A stretch of DNA of 63,765 bases, filler included, from Ministeria vibrans ATCC 50519 (taxonomy: Eukaryota > Protista > Filasterea): NCBI GenBank assembly GCA_943704425.1. It is 5 parts of 5 records of this genome, joined end to end, with 100 filler letters (N's around TTAATTAATTAA, not from the genome) between each part and the next. Parts side by side here need not be neighbours in the genome. Positions count along the whole stretch, not along the records: positions 50,063 to 55,975 come from CALSCP010002030.1; positions 56,076 to 62,347 come from CALSCP010000734.1; positions 62,448 to 63,765 come from CALSCP010000435.1; 2 more parts are not named here. One strand, given 5' to 3'. The notes beneath the pieces were generated by a model. That model saw only the letters and a program-made list of their open reading frames with translations, had not been told where the DNA came from and ran no database searches. Positions within the stretch are counted from its first letter, which is position 1, and every line of letters begins with the position of its first letter. Shown in pieces: positions 52,539-63,765 of the stretch. The position numbers and the translations under genes were made by a program.

Positions 52539-53307
52539 GACTGTGATCTTTTTTTTTTTTTTTCTTTTTTTGAGAGCCCTCTGAGTGTGCGGCGTACCTT
52601 GGTGTAGTTGGGGTCGACGGCGAGGGCGTGCGTGCAGTCCTCAATGGCCGCTGGATAGCGCTTGAGCTTGACATTGCATGCTGCGCGGTTGCCAAAGTAC
52701 TTGGCGCGCTCCAGGAAGTCCTTGCCGCCCGCCGAGGGGCTGAGGTCCTTGGACAGCTCAATGGCCTCGGTGTAGGCGGCAATGGCGTCCTCGTAGTGGC
52801 CCCCTTTGAACAGCGTGTTTCCGCGGTCCTTGGCAATGGACGCCGCTGAGCCCGTGGGCGCTTTCTCGGCCGCGCCAGCGCTGGCGGACTTGCCGGAGGC
52901 ATGCGGCTGTGAGAAACAACCCAAACAGGCCGCATGCAGTGTCAGTTGCGTTGAAGGGCACGTCAGGATCACAGACAGAACACTTTTTTTTTTTTTTTTT
53001 TTTTTTTTTTTGCACATGCCAAAGATGTTCACAGCGAAACAAAGGATAGAAAGGACGAACAGGCGAGAAGACGGCATGGGAACCACTTGCAGTGGATGTC
53101 GTCTGTGTCTGAGGGGGAAAGGCAGGGCGCAAGGGGCCGTCGTGGGGCTGTGGGTACCTTAGTTGTGTCAGAGGGCGCTGAGTCGGACTCAGCGGAAGGA
53201 GCCGGCTTGGGCGCACGACGGCTGCGACGCCACCACACGAACCCGACCACAGCGGTCACAGCAACGCCTCCGACAACCAGCTTCTCCCCGGTGCTCAAGG
53301 ATCTCAT
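50754..53307 (-). CDS. TOM70: Tom70-like mitochondrial import receptor (N-terminal TM anchor + TPRs)
   Basis: LVVGGVAVTAVVGFVWWRR anchor; AKDRGNTLFKGGHYEDAIAAYTEAI..FGNRAAC clamp TPR; IRTYLESY linker; further TPRs. Confidence 0.75.
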
Positions 53308-53614
53308 AAGGTGAAACGAAAATGATTTTATTGAATTATGATTATATTTTATGAATGTCAAAATGATCAACTTATATATTAGAGATATTCGTTTTGACTG
53401 AAATATTAATTTTCATCCCGACGGCAATGAGACCCAATAGTAACTTGATCTCGTACTCAGACGCATCGTCTGTACTCTGTAGCCACTAGTTACTACTTAG
53501 CCGTCAAAAATTGTGACGTTCATTCTTCTTCTTATTGAATTATTTATTCTGCTCATTCTGTCTGTGATTAATATAATATTATTGTGTGAGATACTCACTA
53601 CGAAATTGTTTATT

Positions 53615-55329
53615 TTACAGTAGCTCACAGGACCGAAACAGCCAATACCGCTCCGACTGGGCAAACACCACAAAGACGTAACTCATCGCCTGTGCACCGC
53701 AGTGCAATTCAATCCCATGCACTCCCTTTCCCTTTCCGTCACCTTTCTCATTTGCCATTTCCCTTTCGCTCTCCTTTTTGTTGCGTCTCTCTTTCCAGTG
53801 CGAAATGGGCATATTTTCAACCGCACTCACTCGTAACACTCCAAAGGGAATCCCTTCACTCGTAATCAGTCCCCTAAAACAACAAAAAATCAATGGCATT
53901 CTCTCTGACCTCTCACAGTAAACGTATATTAATACCGAATTCTGTCCAGAGTGGCAAACACAGACTGAGCACAAATCAATCCGGAAACAGACCACACCGA
54001 GACCACTCTTGAATGTCCCTCTGTCCCTCTCATTTCCCCGTTCGCTCTCTTGCTCTCTTCCTCCTTCTCTGCTCCTTCTGTCTCGCTTCCCTTTCCCCCT
54101 GTCCTTTCTTCCGGTCTCTCATACGTACTGACATACTCATTTTTCTCACTAACCCTAATGAATAAAAAAGAAAACAAAAAAAAGAAAGCAAAAAAGAAAG
54201 GTTTCGGCACTTTTTCACAATGTTTGTTTTTTTCCGTACGTGTCAATTCCGCACAAAATTGTACCGAACCACTCCAAAATGCGCTCCATCCACTCACAAT
54301 CCATCTTTTCAGACTCCAAATCTGAAGGTCCATTGATTGGCAGTGGCGCACTGACCCTTTCCGTTCGCTGAGTGACACTCAATGATTGTTCAGCGCACTC
54401 TGACAGACCCTTTGCAGCACTCTCTTGTGTTGCGTCTGATTTGGTGCGCGTGAATGCAAATCGCATTGCGTCTGTTTCTCGCGCAAAACACCATTGTACT
54501 CGGTCGTGAAACGTGCGACCCGCTCGAAATGTTTTGCTCGTCAAGTCAATGACAATAACTGCACAGCATATAAATTTAAACAGACACTACACAAAAATCA
54601 AAAACAAATTTCCGTACTAAATCGACGACGTTCGCTGTTGACAGGACGACCGTCAATGCCCAGTCGTTCGTAGACATCTTTGGCGACACTCAAAAGCAAA
54701 TGACCTGAGGGCATTAGTGCAACGACCGTTTCGTCCTGAGCCGCACAGCGCTCGACACTCACTCCGTGCAGGCGATTGTCTACCAGCAAAGTCGTTCAGA
54801 GGAGGAGAGGTAGTGATGAGGTGTACGATAACGAGTGTGGATGCATACCATGAAGAACGTTGTTCGCAAGAAATTCGGGTTCGATGAGTTGTGAGAGAGT
54901 CATCTACACACAAGTATAATAATAATAATTATAATTAATTAATGATATAATATAATACAATATAATATTATAATAATAATAATAATATTATTATTATTAA
55001 ACATAGTGCATAGGCGACAGGTTAGGTTTCATCATCACAACGACTTGTTCTCGTACGTCGCAAACGGTAAACTTGTCGCGCACAGCCCACTCGGCAAACG
55101 ATGCATACGTGTCGGTACTCACATCGGAGGGAAGGATGATCTGCATCTGCAGAGAAAGAAAGAGAGAAAGAGAGAAAGAGAGAGAGATGAGACACACAAT
55201 GAGTTGTCAAACTTCCAATACCGATCGATTCAGACACTGGTCCTTAATCACGCCTTCAAAGCCCCTCTTCTTGCTGTCAAAGTTGGCCACTGACATGATG
55301 AGCCGAGCGGGTGGGCTTGGAAGTTTCAT
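53615..55329 (-). CDS. RPP40: RNase P/MRP subunit p40
   Basis: VALMPSGHLLLSVAKDVYERLGIDG, VIDLTSKTFRAG..HDRVQWCF, VENMPISHW. Confidence 0.85.
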
Positions 55330-55479
55330 ATTCGCACACAATGGCAGAAAAAGCGAATAATAATTTTGAGTTTAACTTTCGACTTTCAGTTTTGAGTTTC
55401 GATCTTAAATCTTTTGATTTTACTTTTTCTTCTTTTCTTATTCTGTACTACTCAGTGCTCACGCTTTACACGTCTAACA

Positions 55480-55710
55480 ATGTCCACAACAAAAGAGGAG
55501 GAACGGCTTATTGAACGTTACAATTTTCTCAATGTTCAACTGAAAGTAATCTTTTGTCTCTCTCTCTTTCCTTCTGCTAAACCTCTCTCTCTCACTTTCT
55601 CTCTCGCCCTCCTTGCGCAGAAAACAGCTGCTGAAGAGAAGAAGAGAAAAGCCATTGAGATGGAGGCGCGTAAGAAGGAGGCGCTCAAGGCCAAGGCGGA
55701 ACTCAAAAAG
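55480..55710 (+). CDS. 5' exons of a coiled-coil protein (weak NELF-E-like N-terminus), truncated
   Basis: MSTTKEEERLIERYNFLNVQLK/KTAAEEKKRK. Confidence 0.4.
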
Positions 55711-55719
55711 GTACTGACT

Positions 55720-55975
55720 CAATCACTTTGTTTCTCTCTCTACCACTTTGTCTTTCTCTCTCTCTATCACTTTGTTTCTCTCTCTATCACTTTGTTTCTC
55801 TCTCTCTATCACTTTGTTTCTCTCTCTCTATCACTTTGTTTCTCTCTCTCTCTATCACTTTGTCTTTCTCTCTCTCTATCACTTTGTCTTTCTCTCTCTC
55901 TATCACTTTGTCTTTCTCTCTCTCTATCACTTTGTCTTTCTCTCTCTCTATCACTTTGTCTTTCTCTCTCTCTCT
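55720..55975. repeat. (CT)n-TATCACTTTGT minisatellite
   Basis: Roughly ten tandem units running into the gap. Confidence 0.9.
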
Positions 55976-56075
55976 NNNNNNNNNNNNNNNNNNNNNNNNN
56001 NNNNNNNNNNNNNNNNNNNTTAATTAATTAANNNNNNNNNNNNNNNNNNNNNNNNNNNNNNNNNNNNNNNNNNNN
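55976..56075. other. Artificial scaffold linker
   Basis: TTAATTAATTAA at 56020-56031. Confidence 0.95.
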
Positions 56076-56139
56076 TTCGCAGACGAGTGCGAAAGACAGC
56101 AGTGCCCCTGCTCATCCCTCTTCCGTTTGTTCCTCACAG

Positions 56140-57036
56140 GCTCGTTCTACGCGAACCCCTTGACCGACCACCCGGGCGGCTCGGACAAACTGGACGAGGC
56201 GTACGTGATGGAGCACCGGCACTTCCTGTGGCCCAACCCCTGGCCGCCGGGCGACGACTGTCCGCAGCTCGCGCCCAACTTCAAAGCATGCGGCCAGATT
56301 ATGTATGTGCGTCTCCCGCCGTTCCACTCTCTGTGTGTCGCCGCTCAACTCGCTGTGTAGGTGTGACGCGGGCAACCTCATTCTGCGCCTGTGCGACAGA
56401 TACGTCGCTCGCATGCTCAAGGAGGGTGTCACGGCCGTGTCGCTGTACGACTCGGTGGTGCCCGATAAAATGGCCAAGGGACGGCTGCTGCACTATTACT
56501 CGCGCGCCTCGGTGGTCAACGCTGACGGTGACACCGCAACAACGACCAGCGACGATCCATTGGCGGACCTGGACCGCTGGTGTGGCACGCACAACGACCA
56601 CAGCACGCTGACGTGCCTCTGCCCGGCCATCTACCACGACGATCAGGCGGACGGCAAAATCATCCCCTGTCCCGACGAGCACGCCGGCCTCTACATCTTC
56701 CCGCGCGGCACGGAAGCGCCTCTGCGTGTCAAATTCCCCGTTGCAGACGCCGTTGCTTTCCAGATTGGCGAGGCGGCACAGATCTTGACGGGTGGGCTGT
56801 TGCGCGCGACACCCCACGCTGTTCGCCCACCTGTCTCCTCGCCCCACGCCTCTCGCAGCACCTTTGCCGTCTTCATGCAGCCAACCTTCTCGCAGCCCCT
56901 CACGCCCCCCGCCGGGTTCGACCAGAGCGCTCTCTTTGAACTCCACAATTGCGTTCCGGCTCTCAACGACCGTTTCAAGCTTGGCGACGACTTTGGACAG
57001 TTCAGCGAGCGCTCTCTTTCCGCCTACGCCGTCTAA
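56140..57036 (+). CDS. 2-oxoglutarate/Fe(II) dioxygenase, IPNS-like fold (5' partial)
   Basis: GSFYANP, KGRLLHYY, WCGTHNDHSTLT (HxD), AFQIGE, LRATPHAVR, SRSTFAVFMQP. Confidence 0.88.
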
Positions 57037-57210
57037 TCCGAGCGCGGTTCTTCTTCTATGATTTTATTACACTTTCGATTGTTACACTATGATACTACAA
57101 AAGCAGGAGAAGGGAGAATCGGCGGCTGTTAATTATTTATTTGTACTATAACTATTATTTTTCAAGATCAGACTCGCCGTGGGCTTGTCTGTGAGAAACT
57201 ACACTATGTA

Positions 57211-58503
57211 TCATGAATCGTTGTCGCGCGCATTGAGAAGACTTTCGGCCACGCGACGGCGCTGAAGGTCGACGAGCGGGTGTGCGCTGGCGTAGATGCG
57301 CTCGTACACGGAGAGAGTGGTGTGGGCATGGCGGGCGGCGCTGGCCCACTGCTCCCGCACCGCACTGTCCTCACTGTCGGAGGAAAGCGCGAGCTCGTGT
57401 GCACGCTCCATGTGCAGGTTGGCAAGCGCACACGTGGTTGCAAGGGTGTCCAGATGAAGCGCGTGCAGCAGACGCGCGCGAGTCGCCTGGCAGAGCGTCA
57501 GCTGGTCAATGCTTTCGGCTACGGTATGCACCATAGAGGTGCCCCGTTCGTACAGCACTGTCGCCAGTGACAATGCCCTCTCCACGTCACTACTGCTCTC
57601 GTCGCAGGCACTGCTACTGCGCGCAACCAACAGTCGGTCGAGTGCTTCTGTGCGTGTGTCACGGCAGCGCGCACAGTCGCACGCAAAGCCGTACACGCGC
57701 TGGAGGTGCGACTGGCGGTGCTCGCGAGTGTTGCACACGTCGACAAATGCATGAACAAGCTCGTCGCCGGGCGCAATCGGCCGAAGTACATGAAGATGCT
57801 GTATAACACCATCGTACAGGAAGTAGCAGTTGGGAGCGCACGAGTGATTCAGTAGCGCCCCGCGCGGGTATACACCCGCACCACGCACGACCAGAAGTCG
57901 ATCGGCAATCCCAAAGTTGTTACAGGCCATTCGACGTAAAATCGCCTTGGCGTCCGTCTGTCCATGTGTCTCGAGCAGCTGGTGGGCCTGTTTGGGAAGA
58001 AACGCGTCGAGGAAGGGCGTAGCATCGGACGGCTCGACGCCCGCCGTGGCCTCTTCGCGACCGCCCGGCGAAAGCGAGAGAAGGTCCGCGATAGCCGCGG
58101 CCGGCTGATCGTCCGCACAGCAATGAGCGACGCAGCGTAATACCATGTCGAGCTCGTCGACAATCTCGTCGGGAAGGCCGTGCGGGAGCGAGGCATATGC
58201 ACCTGCCAACCAGCCGCACGCAATTCGGTGTCCGCTGCGCCAGCCGCTTCGCTGACACGTGCGACTGCAGTACCGCCGACGATCGCAGCCAGCACAAACT
58301 TTCAGAGGTTCCGTCGCGGCCCGCGTGAGACACACGTCGCAGAATTGATCGGCATTTCGTCGAGTGACCGCCGACACTAAAGGACGGCTGGAAAACACGC
58401 GCTCTTTGACCCCGAACGAACGTCTCGCCACAAGACACCGACCACGACCCTCTACAGTGACACATTCAAGTCCGTCCGCCTCGCTGATCAGCCGCAGGCT
58501 CAT
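57211..58503 (-). CDS. SMYD-type SET-MYND lysine methyltransferase
   Basis: GRGRCLVA, CDVC..CAGC..YCSRTCQ..H..C MYND finger, LLNHSCAPNC, YGFACDCARC post-SET. Confidence 0.9.
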   Translation of the reverse strand: MSLRLISEADGLECVTVEGRGRCLVARRSFGVKERVFSSRPLVSAVTRRNADQFCDVCLTRAATEPLKVCAGCDRRRYCSRTCQRSGWRSGHRIACGWLAGAYASLPHGLPDEIVDELDMVLRCVAHCCADDQPAAAIADLLSLSPGGREEATAGVEPSDATPFLDAFLPKQAHQLLETHGQTDAKAILRRMACNNFGIADRLLVVRGAGVYPRGALLNHSCAPNCYFLYDGVIQHLHVLRPIAPGDELVHAFVDVCNTREHRQSHLQRVYGFACDCARCRDTRTEALDRLLVARSSSACDESSSDVERALSLATVLYERGTSMVHTVAESIDQLTLCQATRARLLHALHLDTLATTCALANLHMERAHELALSSDSEDSAVREQWASAARHAHTTLSVYERIYASAHPLVDLQRRRVAESLLNARDNDS

Positions 58504-58612
58504 TTTGTTGAAGAATAGTGACAAAGTCAAAATAATACTACAAAAATAATTATAGTAGTCAACTAAAATATTGAGTATATTCACTTTATTCGCTAATATG
58601 ACACTGCAAGAG

Positions 58613-58885
58613 CTAAATTCCACTGACGAGTCTGCAGTGGCGGCTTCGTCGTTGTCGCAGTCGTCTGATGTGGAGGAGGACGACACGCTGGGACCAGCGC
58701 CGGATAAGTGGGACTTGACGGTTCTCAAAGACCGCAAAGCGATCGTCAAGATTATCTGCATCGTACGTACGCGCTCCCCACGCCCTCCACGCACGCCACA
58801 CGGGGGGAGAGGTTGCGGCACTGCCCTCTGTGGAGGTCGTTGCAGCCCCTGCCTTGCTTGTGCTTGTGCTCATTTGCTCTGCAGT

Positions 58886-58924
<39 letters not shown>

Positions 58925-59378
58925 AAAAGGGGTGTTTGGTTTGTGCTGACTCAAACCAACTGTGTAGATACTTGCGCTGGCCTCGATCATCCTCATTGCC
59001 ACCTACAGACATCCACTGTGCGCGTATGACGCAGGGACACAAAGCGTGTACGCCACGGGCGACGTACGCCACACACTCGACAAGACCTCACTATCAATCA
59101 TTGACGTTGTTGTTGTGCTCCGTAGACCATCCCCTACAGCTACCTCAAAAACAGCATCTTAAACGGTACTTTCACGGGACATCCGCGCACTCCTGCGCTC
59201 GTCTGCCCACTGGCACTAACCCCGTCTCGTCTTGATGTCGCGCAGGCGTACGCACGACTCTCGCCTTCCAGTACTGCATTGCGCTGCTTGGCGTAGTCTG
59301 GATCGTAGCCGTCATGCGTTTTCCCCACCGTCTCACCGTTGCCGTTGTGGTTCTGGTACGTTGTAGAGGGTGTGTACA

Positions 59379-59423
<45 letters not shown>

Positions 59424-59463
59424 GTGTTGAGTGTCGCTGTGACTTGTGAACGTCCGCTGCCGA

Positions 59464-59498
<35 letters not shown>

Positions 59499-60116
59499 AA
59501 TTTTATTTTTATTAATTTTATCATTATTAACTATTTTATTGTTTGCTTTCGTCAAATATGCGTGAAAAAGAGTTACCACTACTTAAACACGACTATTATA
59601 TATAATAAAATGATTATTATTATTATTGTTATTGTTCATACCATTGTTTGTTGTGCAGGATTATGGCATTGCCACAGCTCTGTCGGTTCTCCTTCTCGTG
59701 GCGACTGCACTGACAGTCCACAGCCTCAAGGACACCTCGTAAGAGCGCACCACACTCACACAGGACACCATCGCTGAACTCTCGCCCATAGGACGGCATG
59801 GGCCTTTCCCCCCCAGCAAGTCAATGGCGTCACCCAGTTTGCCTGTGATGTTTATGCGCAATCTCTTGCTGCCGGTGAGGCTGTTTCCTTTCTCTCCGCC
59901 TTGCTCCTTGCCATCAATGCTGTTATTTCTGTTATCTTTTTCCTGAGCTACAGAGCGCGGTACGAGCAAGAGCCATCTTGTCAAAACAACCCTAACCCTA
60001 ACCCTAACCATTAATTTTCTTTCTTTGTGTGCAGAGCTCACGATTTTGTTGCGGCTCGCCAGCTGCTGAGTGCCGAGGAGAACGCTACGCAGGGATTCCC
60101 TCTCGATTCGTCGCAT
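58613..60116 (-). CDS. One or more hypothetical spliced ORFs
   Basis: Coding-like minus-strand blocks with splice signals. No family recognised. Confidence 0.3.
59989..60009 (-). repeat. Interstitial (TTAGGG)3 telomere-like repeat
   Basis: ACCCTAACCCTAACCCTAACC. Confidence 0.7.
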
Positions 60117-60511
60117 GGCTTTCGCCAGCTGGAGGAATCTCCGCTCGACTCGGATGTTTGAAATTGATTGTTATTTTTGACTTTTTTTTACACGCACAAT
60201 TTTTTAATTTGACACGAGAAATTGAATGCAACCCGACGAATATAACTTATAAGTAATAAGAATTAAGATAATAAATAATAAATAAGATATTACTACGTAT
60301 AGATGACCCCTTTTAAAAAATTCACAGTTGTGAGTTGACAGAATTTGATAAAACTATGATATTTCACCAAGAAAAGAAAAAAAATACAAGATTTCACAAG
60401 TACAGCGGTGACAAGAGATAGAGTGTGATAGAGAGGACAACGGGCTACAGAGAAGGGCTACGAGAAAGAAGTGAATAAACTGAAAGACACTGAAACGGCG
60501 CATTACAAAGG

Positions 60512-60748
60512 TCACACTTTGAAGCCAGCCTCGCGCATGCACGCTTTATGGGCCTCAATCAGATCGCCACACTTCTCAGGGCCATTTTGAACAATGCTGC
60601 AAGGAAGGAGTGAGTGTGGTGCAGAGGAGAGGGACGGGAGAGACCATTCATCGCGAACGCGTTTGGTTTCGGGGCAAGCACAGCACGGCTTAAGCTTCTT
60701 CTTGGGCGCTTCCTCCTTGGAATTGGTGGTGGTGCGTGTATCGGACAT
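60512..60748 (-). CDS. COX17: Copper chaperone COX17 (2 exons)
   Basis: [41 protein letters not shown]. Confidence 0.96.
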   Translation of the reverse strand: MSDTRTTTNSKEEAPKKKLKPCCACPETKRVRDEWSLPSLSSAPHSLLPCSIVQNGPEKCGDLIEAHKACMREAGFKV

Positions 60749-60941
60749 TGTCAGAAAAAGAAAAGTTAAAAGAAGAGGTGAATAATGAATTTAATGATTA
60801 CTGAAATATAATTTCAGATTCAGAATTCTGAACGGGTGAATGAAGAATGCAAAAATTCAAAATAACAAAATTAATCACAAATTACACAAAATTCACAGTT
60901 TCTTTTGACCTCATTATTCTTTCCATTGCATTTGATTTGCC

Positions 60942-62113
60942 ATGACGACCGCCGCTGCAGCCGTAGGAGACAAAAAGACGGTCTCAACATTGAGATGTGT
61001 TCTTTGTAGTTTTTTGAGGTGCTGAGCCAGCCTCGATTTCGCGTACGCTCGCTGGACACGGTGCGCGCCAAAGTACAGAATATTGTTGCTGGAGGAGCAA
61101 GTAAGCTGATGGTCATTGCGGATTTCGACCAGACACTGACGCGGTAGGGAAAACGACACAAGAAACACAGAGCGGGTTTGTCTTTTGTGCGTCACTGATG
61201 CCGGCGTATGTGTGGGCGGACAGGTTTAAGCGGGCGAATGGTTCGAGGAACCTTTCGTCGCACGGTGTCGTCGAGAACTGCAACCTGCTGGGCCACGAGT
61301 ACCACGACAAAGTCCACGACTACTACGCGACGTACTATCCCGTCGAAGTCGATCCCCACCTGACGCACGCTCAGAAGCTTCCGACTATGGTTGAATGGTG
61401 GACCAAAGCACACGATGCACTGATTGAGGTAGAGCCGGCTGTGTTGGTTGTGTCTGTTACGCAGATGGTATTCAAACCCTGTAAAACGCCCTCTTTCGTT
61501 TCATAGGCTGGCATGAAGAAAAGCTTCATTGACGACATGGTGAAACGAGCGGATTTAGAAATGCGCAACGGCTGCCAAGATGTCATGGACCGTCTGGGGG
61601 CTGCCAAGGTGCCTCTGTTAATATTCAGCGCGGGACTTGGAGGTGCGAGAGATGATGAAACGAGAGAGGGGCGAGCTTATTGCCAAACCAATGTGTGTGT
61701 GTGTGTGTTTTTTAGATGTGATTGAGGGGTGTTTGAGGGCGCATGTGACGCTACCGAAGAGTGCGCATATTGTGAGCAACTTTATGGAGTTTGACAAGGA
61801 GAGCGGGGCGGCAGTGGGCTTTAAAGGGCAGCTGATGCATGTGTTCAACAAGGGTGACTTTGGGGTGGTGCAGGGCAGTGCGTTTCACGGAGAGCTGCAG
61901 GGACGCACGAATGTGGTGGTGCTCGGGGATGGGCTCGGTGACGTGCACATGGCGGACGGCGTTGATGAGGCAGAGACTGTGCTGTACATGGGTTTTCTCA
62001 ATGACCGTGTCGACGAGCGCCTTGACGCCTTCATGGACGCGTACGACATTGTCGTCCTGGGCGACGGCGGTCTTGAGCACGTCACCGCTCTTTTTGCTGC
62101 AATTCCCGCTTAG
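60942..62113 (+). CDS. NT5C3: Pyrimidine 5'-nucleotidase (cN-III / UMPH-1, HAD family)
   Basis: VIADFDQTLTR, MVEWWTKAH, PLLIFSAGLG, IVSNFMEF, MHVFNK, NVVVLGDGLGDVHMADG. Confidence 0.93.
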
Positions 62114-62347
62114 TCCGATCCAGGGCGCCCTCTCGTGTCAGCGGCTGATGAGCAGTATGTAACGAAAAGGAAGAAGAAGACGAAAAAACGAGGACGGGAG
62201 ATATTTCATAGATTACATGTGAGTGAGTGTATGTGTGTGAGCGTCTCTCACTTCTTGGAGATGAGGGGAATAACAATAATCTAAAAAAAAGAGGGGGGGC
62301 CTGTTCATTTGCTCAAATCCATCTTTGCTCCACTGACCAAAGGGAAT

Positions 62348-62446
62348 NNNNNNNNNNNNNNNNNNNNNNNNNNNNNNNNNNNNNNNNNNNNTTAATTAAT
62401 TAANNNNNNNNNNNNNNNNNNNNNNNNNNNNNNNNNNNNNNNNNNN
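62348..62446. other. Artificial scaffold linker
   Basis: TTAATTAATTAA at 62392-62403. Confidence 0.95.
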
Positions 62447-62720
62447 NGCGCCACACACTATCTCTCCGTAGCAAACAACTGTACAAGCTCATTTCAAGAA
62501 TCATACACGCAACGAACCCTATTGGAAAGTAAGCTTGGTCGACCAATCTCTCCCAACAGCAAACACAGCGCGCCAAAAAAAAAATCGTTCGACCATACAA
62601 AAATATCACAAGTCCCAATCATGTCTGTGAATTACGACACACCCCTGAACTTTGAGTGAACTACCACTGAGTACCATAGTAAGTGAAGAAAACGTGCGTG
62701 CACTTGACTCTCAAAAGTAA

Positions 62721-63600
62721 TCAGTTTGTATGTAAATAGTACGTGCGAATATCGAGAGGATCAATCGTTTGCGTCCCATTCTCACTGGCCACTTGCAGAG
62801 TTCGCGTCCGTTGGCCTTGGTCTACCGGCCAAACTCGACGCTGAATGTCAGACTCGCGTTGGTTTGCCGTGAGAGACAGTTCGGTGAGTCTCGTTGTGGA
62901 GGGAATGTTGAAGAGTGTCTGGAGATCGACACTGGCCGCGCGAGGCTCAAACTTCTTCTCGTACATGTGATGAACACGCACAAGCGATGTGTTGTGCGCA
63001 TCACCTGAGATACGAGTACACACCGGAGACAGTGTGAGCAGAGTCAGCGAGGGATCGAGTGGCGTGGCCAGAAGGGAGAAGGAGGTGGCAGAGGGTGCGT
63101 AGTGCTCATTGAATGCTTTGAGGGACATGTCCAGCGCCGTCGTGACAGGTGGATGCGCACGCTTCACAATCTGCCGTTGACGCAGCCGCTCAACCTTCAG
63201 CGGCTCACCCACACACAGCGAGAGGGTCGCAGTGACATGGGATGTGTCGTCAAGTGGCCAGGGCCCCTGTGAGTCGGGCGTGTTGAGCCGGCGCGCCAGC
63301 ATCACTTCCATCTGTGTCTCACTGGCACTGAGTGACGCCACTCCCATTGTGTACGACGACACCACCCCTAATGCAGCACGCTCCGTCTTCAACGTCGCGC
63401 TCGACACCATTGCGTGATAATTTGCAGGAATCGACTCACTCCCATTGAACTGACGTGCACTCATTTCAAAGCCACTTTCATCAATGGAGAATTCGGCAGA
63501 GGGCCAGTCGGGAAGTCGAAAGCGCGAAATGACTTCGTGTCGCTCTTTCGGAGTGCCCAAAGTGTGTGTGACACTGAGTGTTTTCTCATGTGCGTACAGA
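62721..63600 (-). CDS. GH38 alpha-mannosidase, C-terminal exon (5' partial)
   Basis: IPANYHAMVSSA, GVASL..QMEVMLARRL, LVRVHHMYE, LTELSLTANQ, IDPLDIRTY. Confidence 0.85.
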
Positions 63601-63659
63601 GTGTAACACACTCTAAATGTATACAAACAAAAAGTATGTCAAAGACACCATTCTATCTG

Positions 63660-63693
63660 TCAACGCACACACATGCACACCCACATGCACACA

Positions 63694-63765
<72 letters not shown>
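63660..63765. repeat. (CA)n microsatellite at window end
   Basis: Direct CA run. Confidence 0.95.

Noticed and set aside
62447-62620. Hydrophobic minus-strand ORF at the scaffold edge
   Set aside because: Too short and truncated to assign.

Overview
This is a gene-dense, intron-rich eukaryotic sequence (short GT-AG introns, microsatellite-filled introns, intergenic spacers often only about 80-400 bp). It comes from a probably flagellated protist or zoosporic lineage, since SPAG17/PF6 and CYB5D1 homologues are present. The window is not one contiguous locus: N-TTAATTAATTAA-N linkers at about 26.9, 50.0, 56.0 and 62.4 kb join five scaffolds. All gene calls come from manual splicing and recalled family motifs; no database search was run. 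Housekeeping genes include an Ssb-like Hsp70, an Ert1/AcuK-like Zn2Cys6-PAS factor, PDSS2, two GT8 paralogues, SNIP1, TMEM230, SGT1, NUDT6, Tom70, RPP40, a 2OG-Fe(II) oxygenase, SMYD, COX17, NT5C3 and a GH38 mannosidase. The most interesting stretch is 31-50 kb, a candidate eukaryotic defence/conflict island. It holds a stand-alone IFI44-like GTPase head-to-head with a TLDc gene (the two halves of animal IFI44), a MORC/SMCHD1-like GHKL ATPase without a hinge, a cubilin-N/EGF/PKD/BspA(DUF285) chimera, an F-box gene, and a Crinkler/RHS-type NTPase-REase inside a direct-repeat-bounded block with a broken GH43-like gene. Also seen: a mitochondrial cox3 fragment using TGA=Trp, a TIR-bounded MITE-like family, a dispersed (CT)n-TATCACTTTGT intronic minisatellite family, and two candidate intronic structured RNAs.
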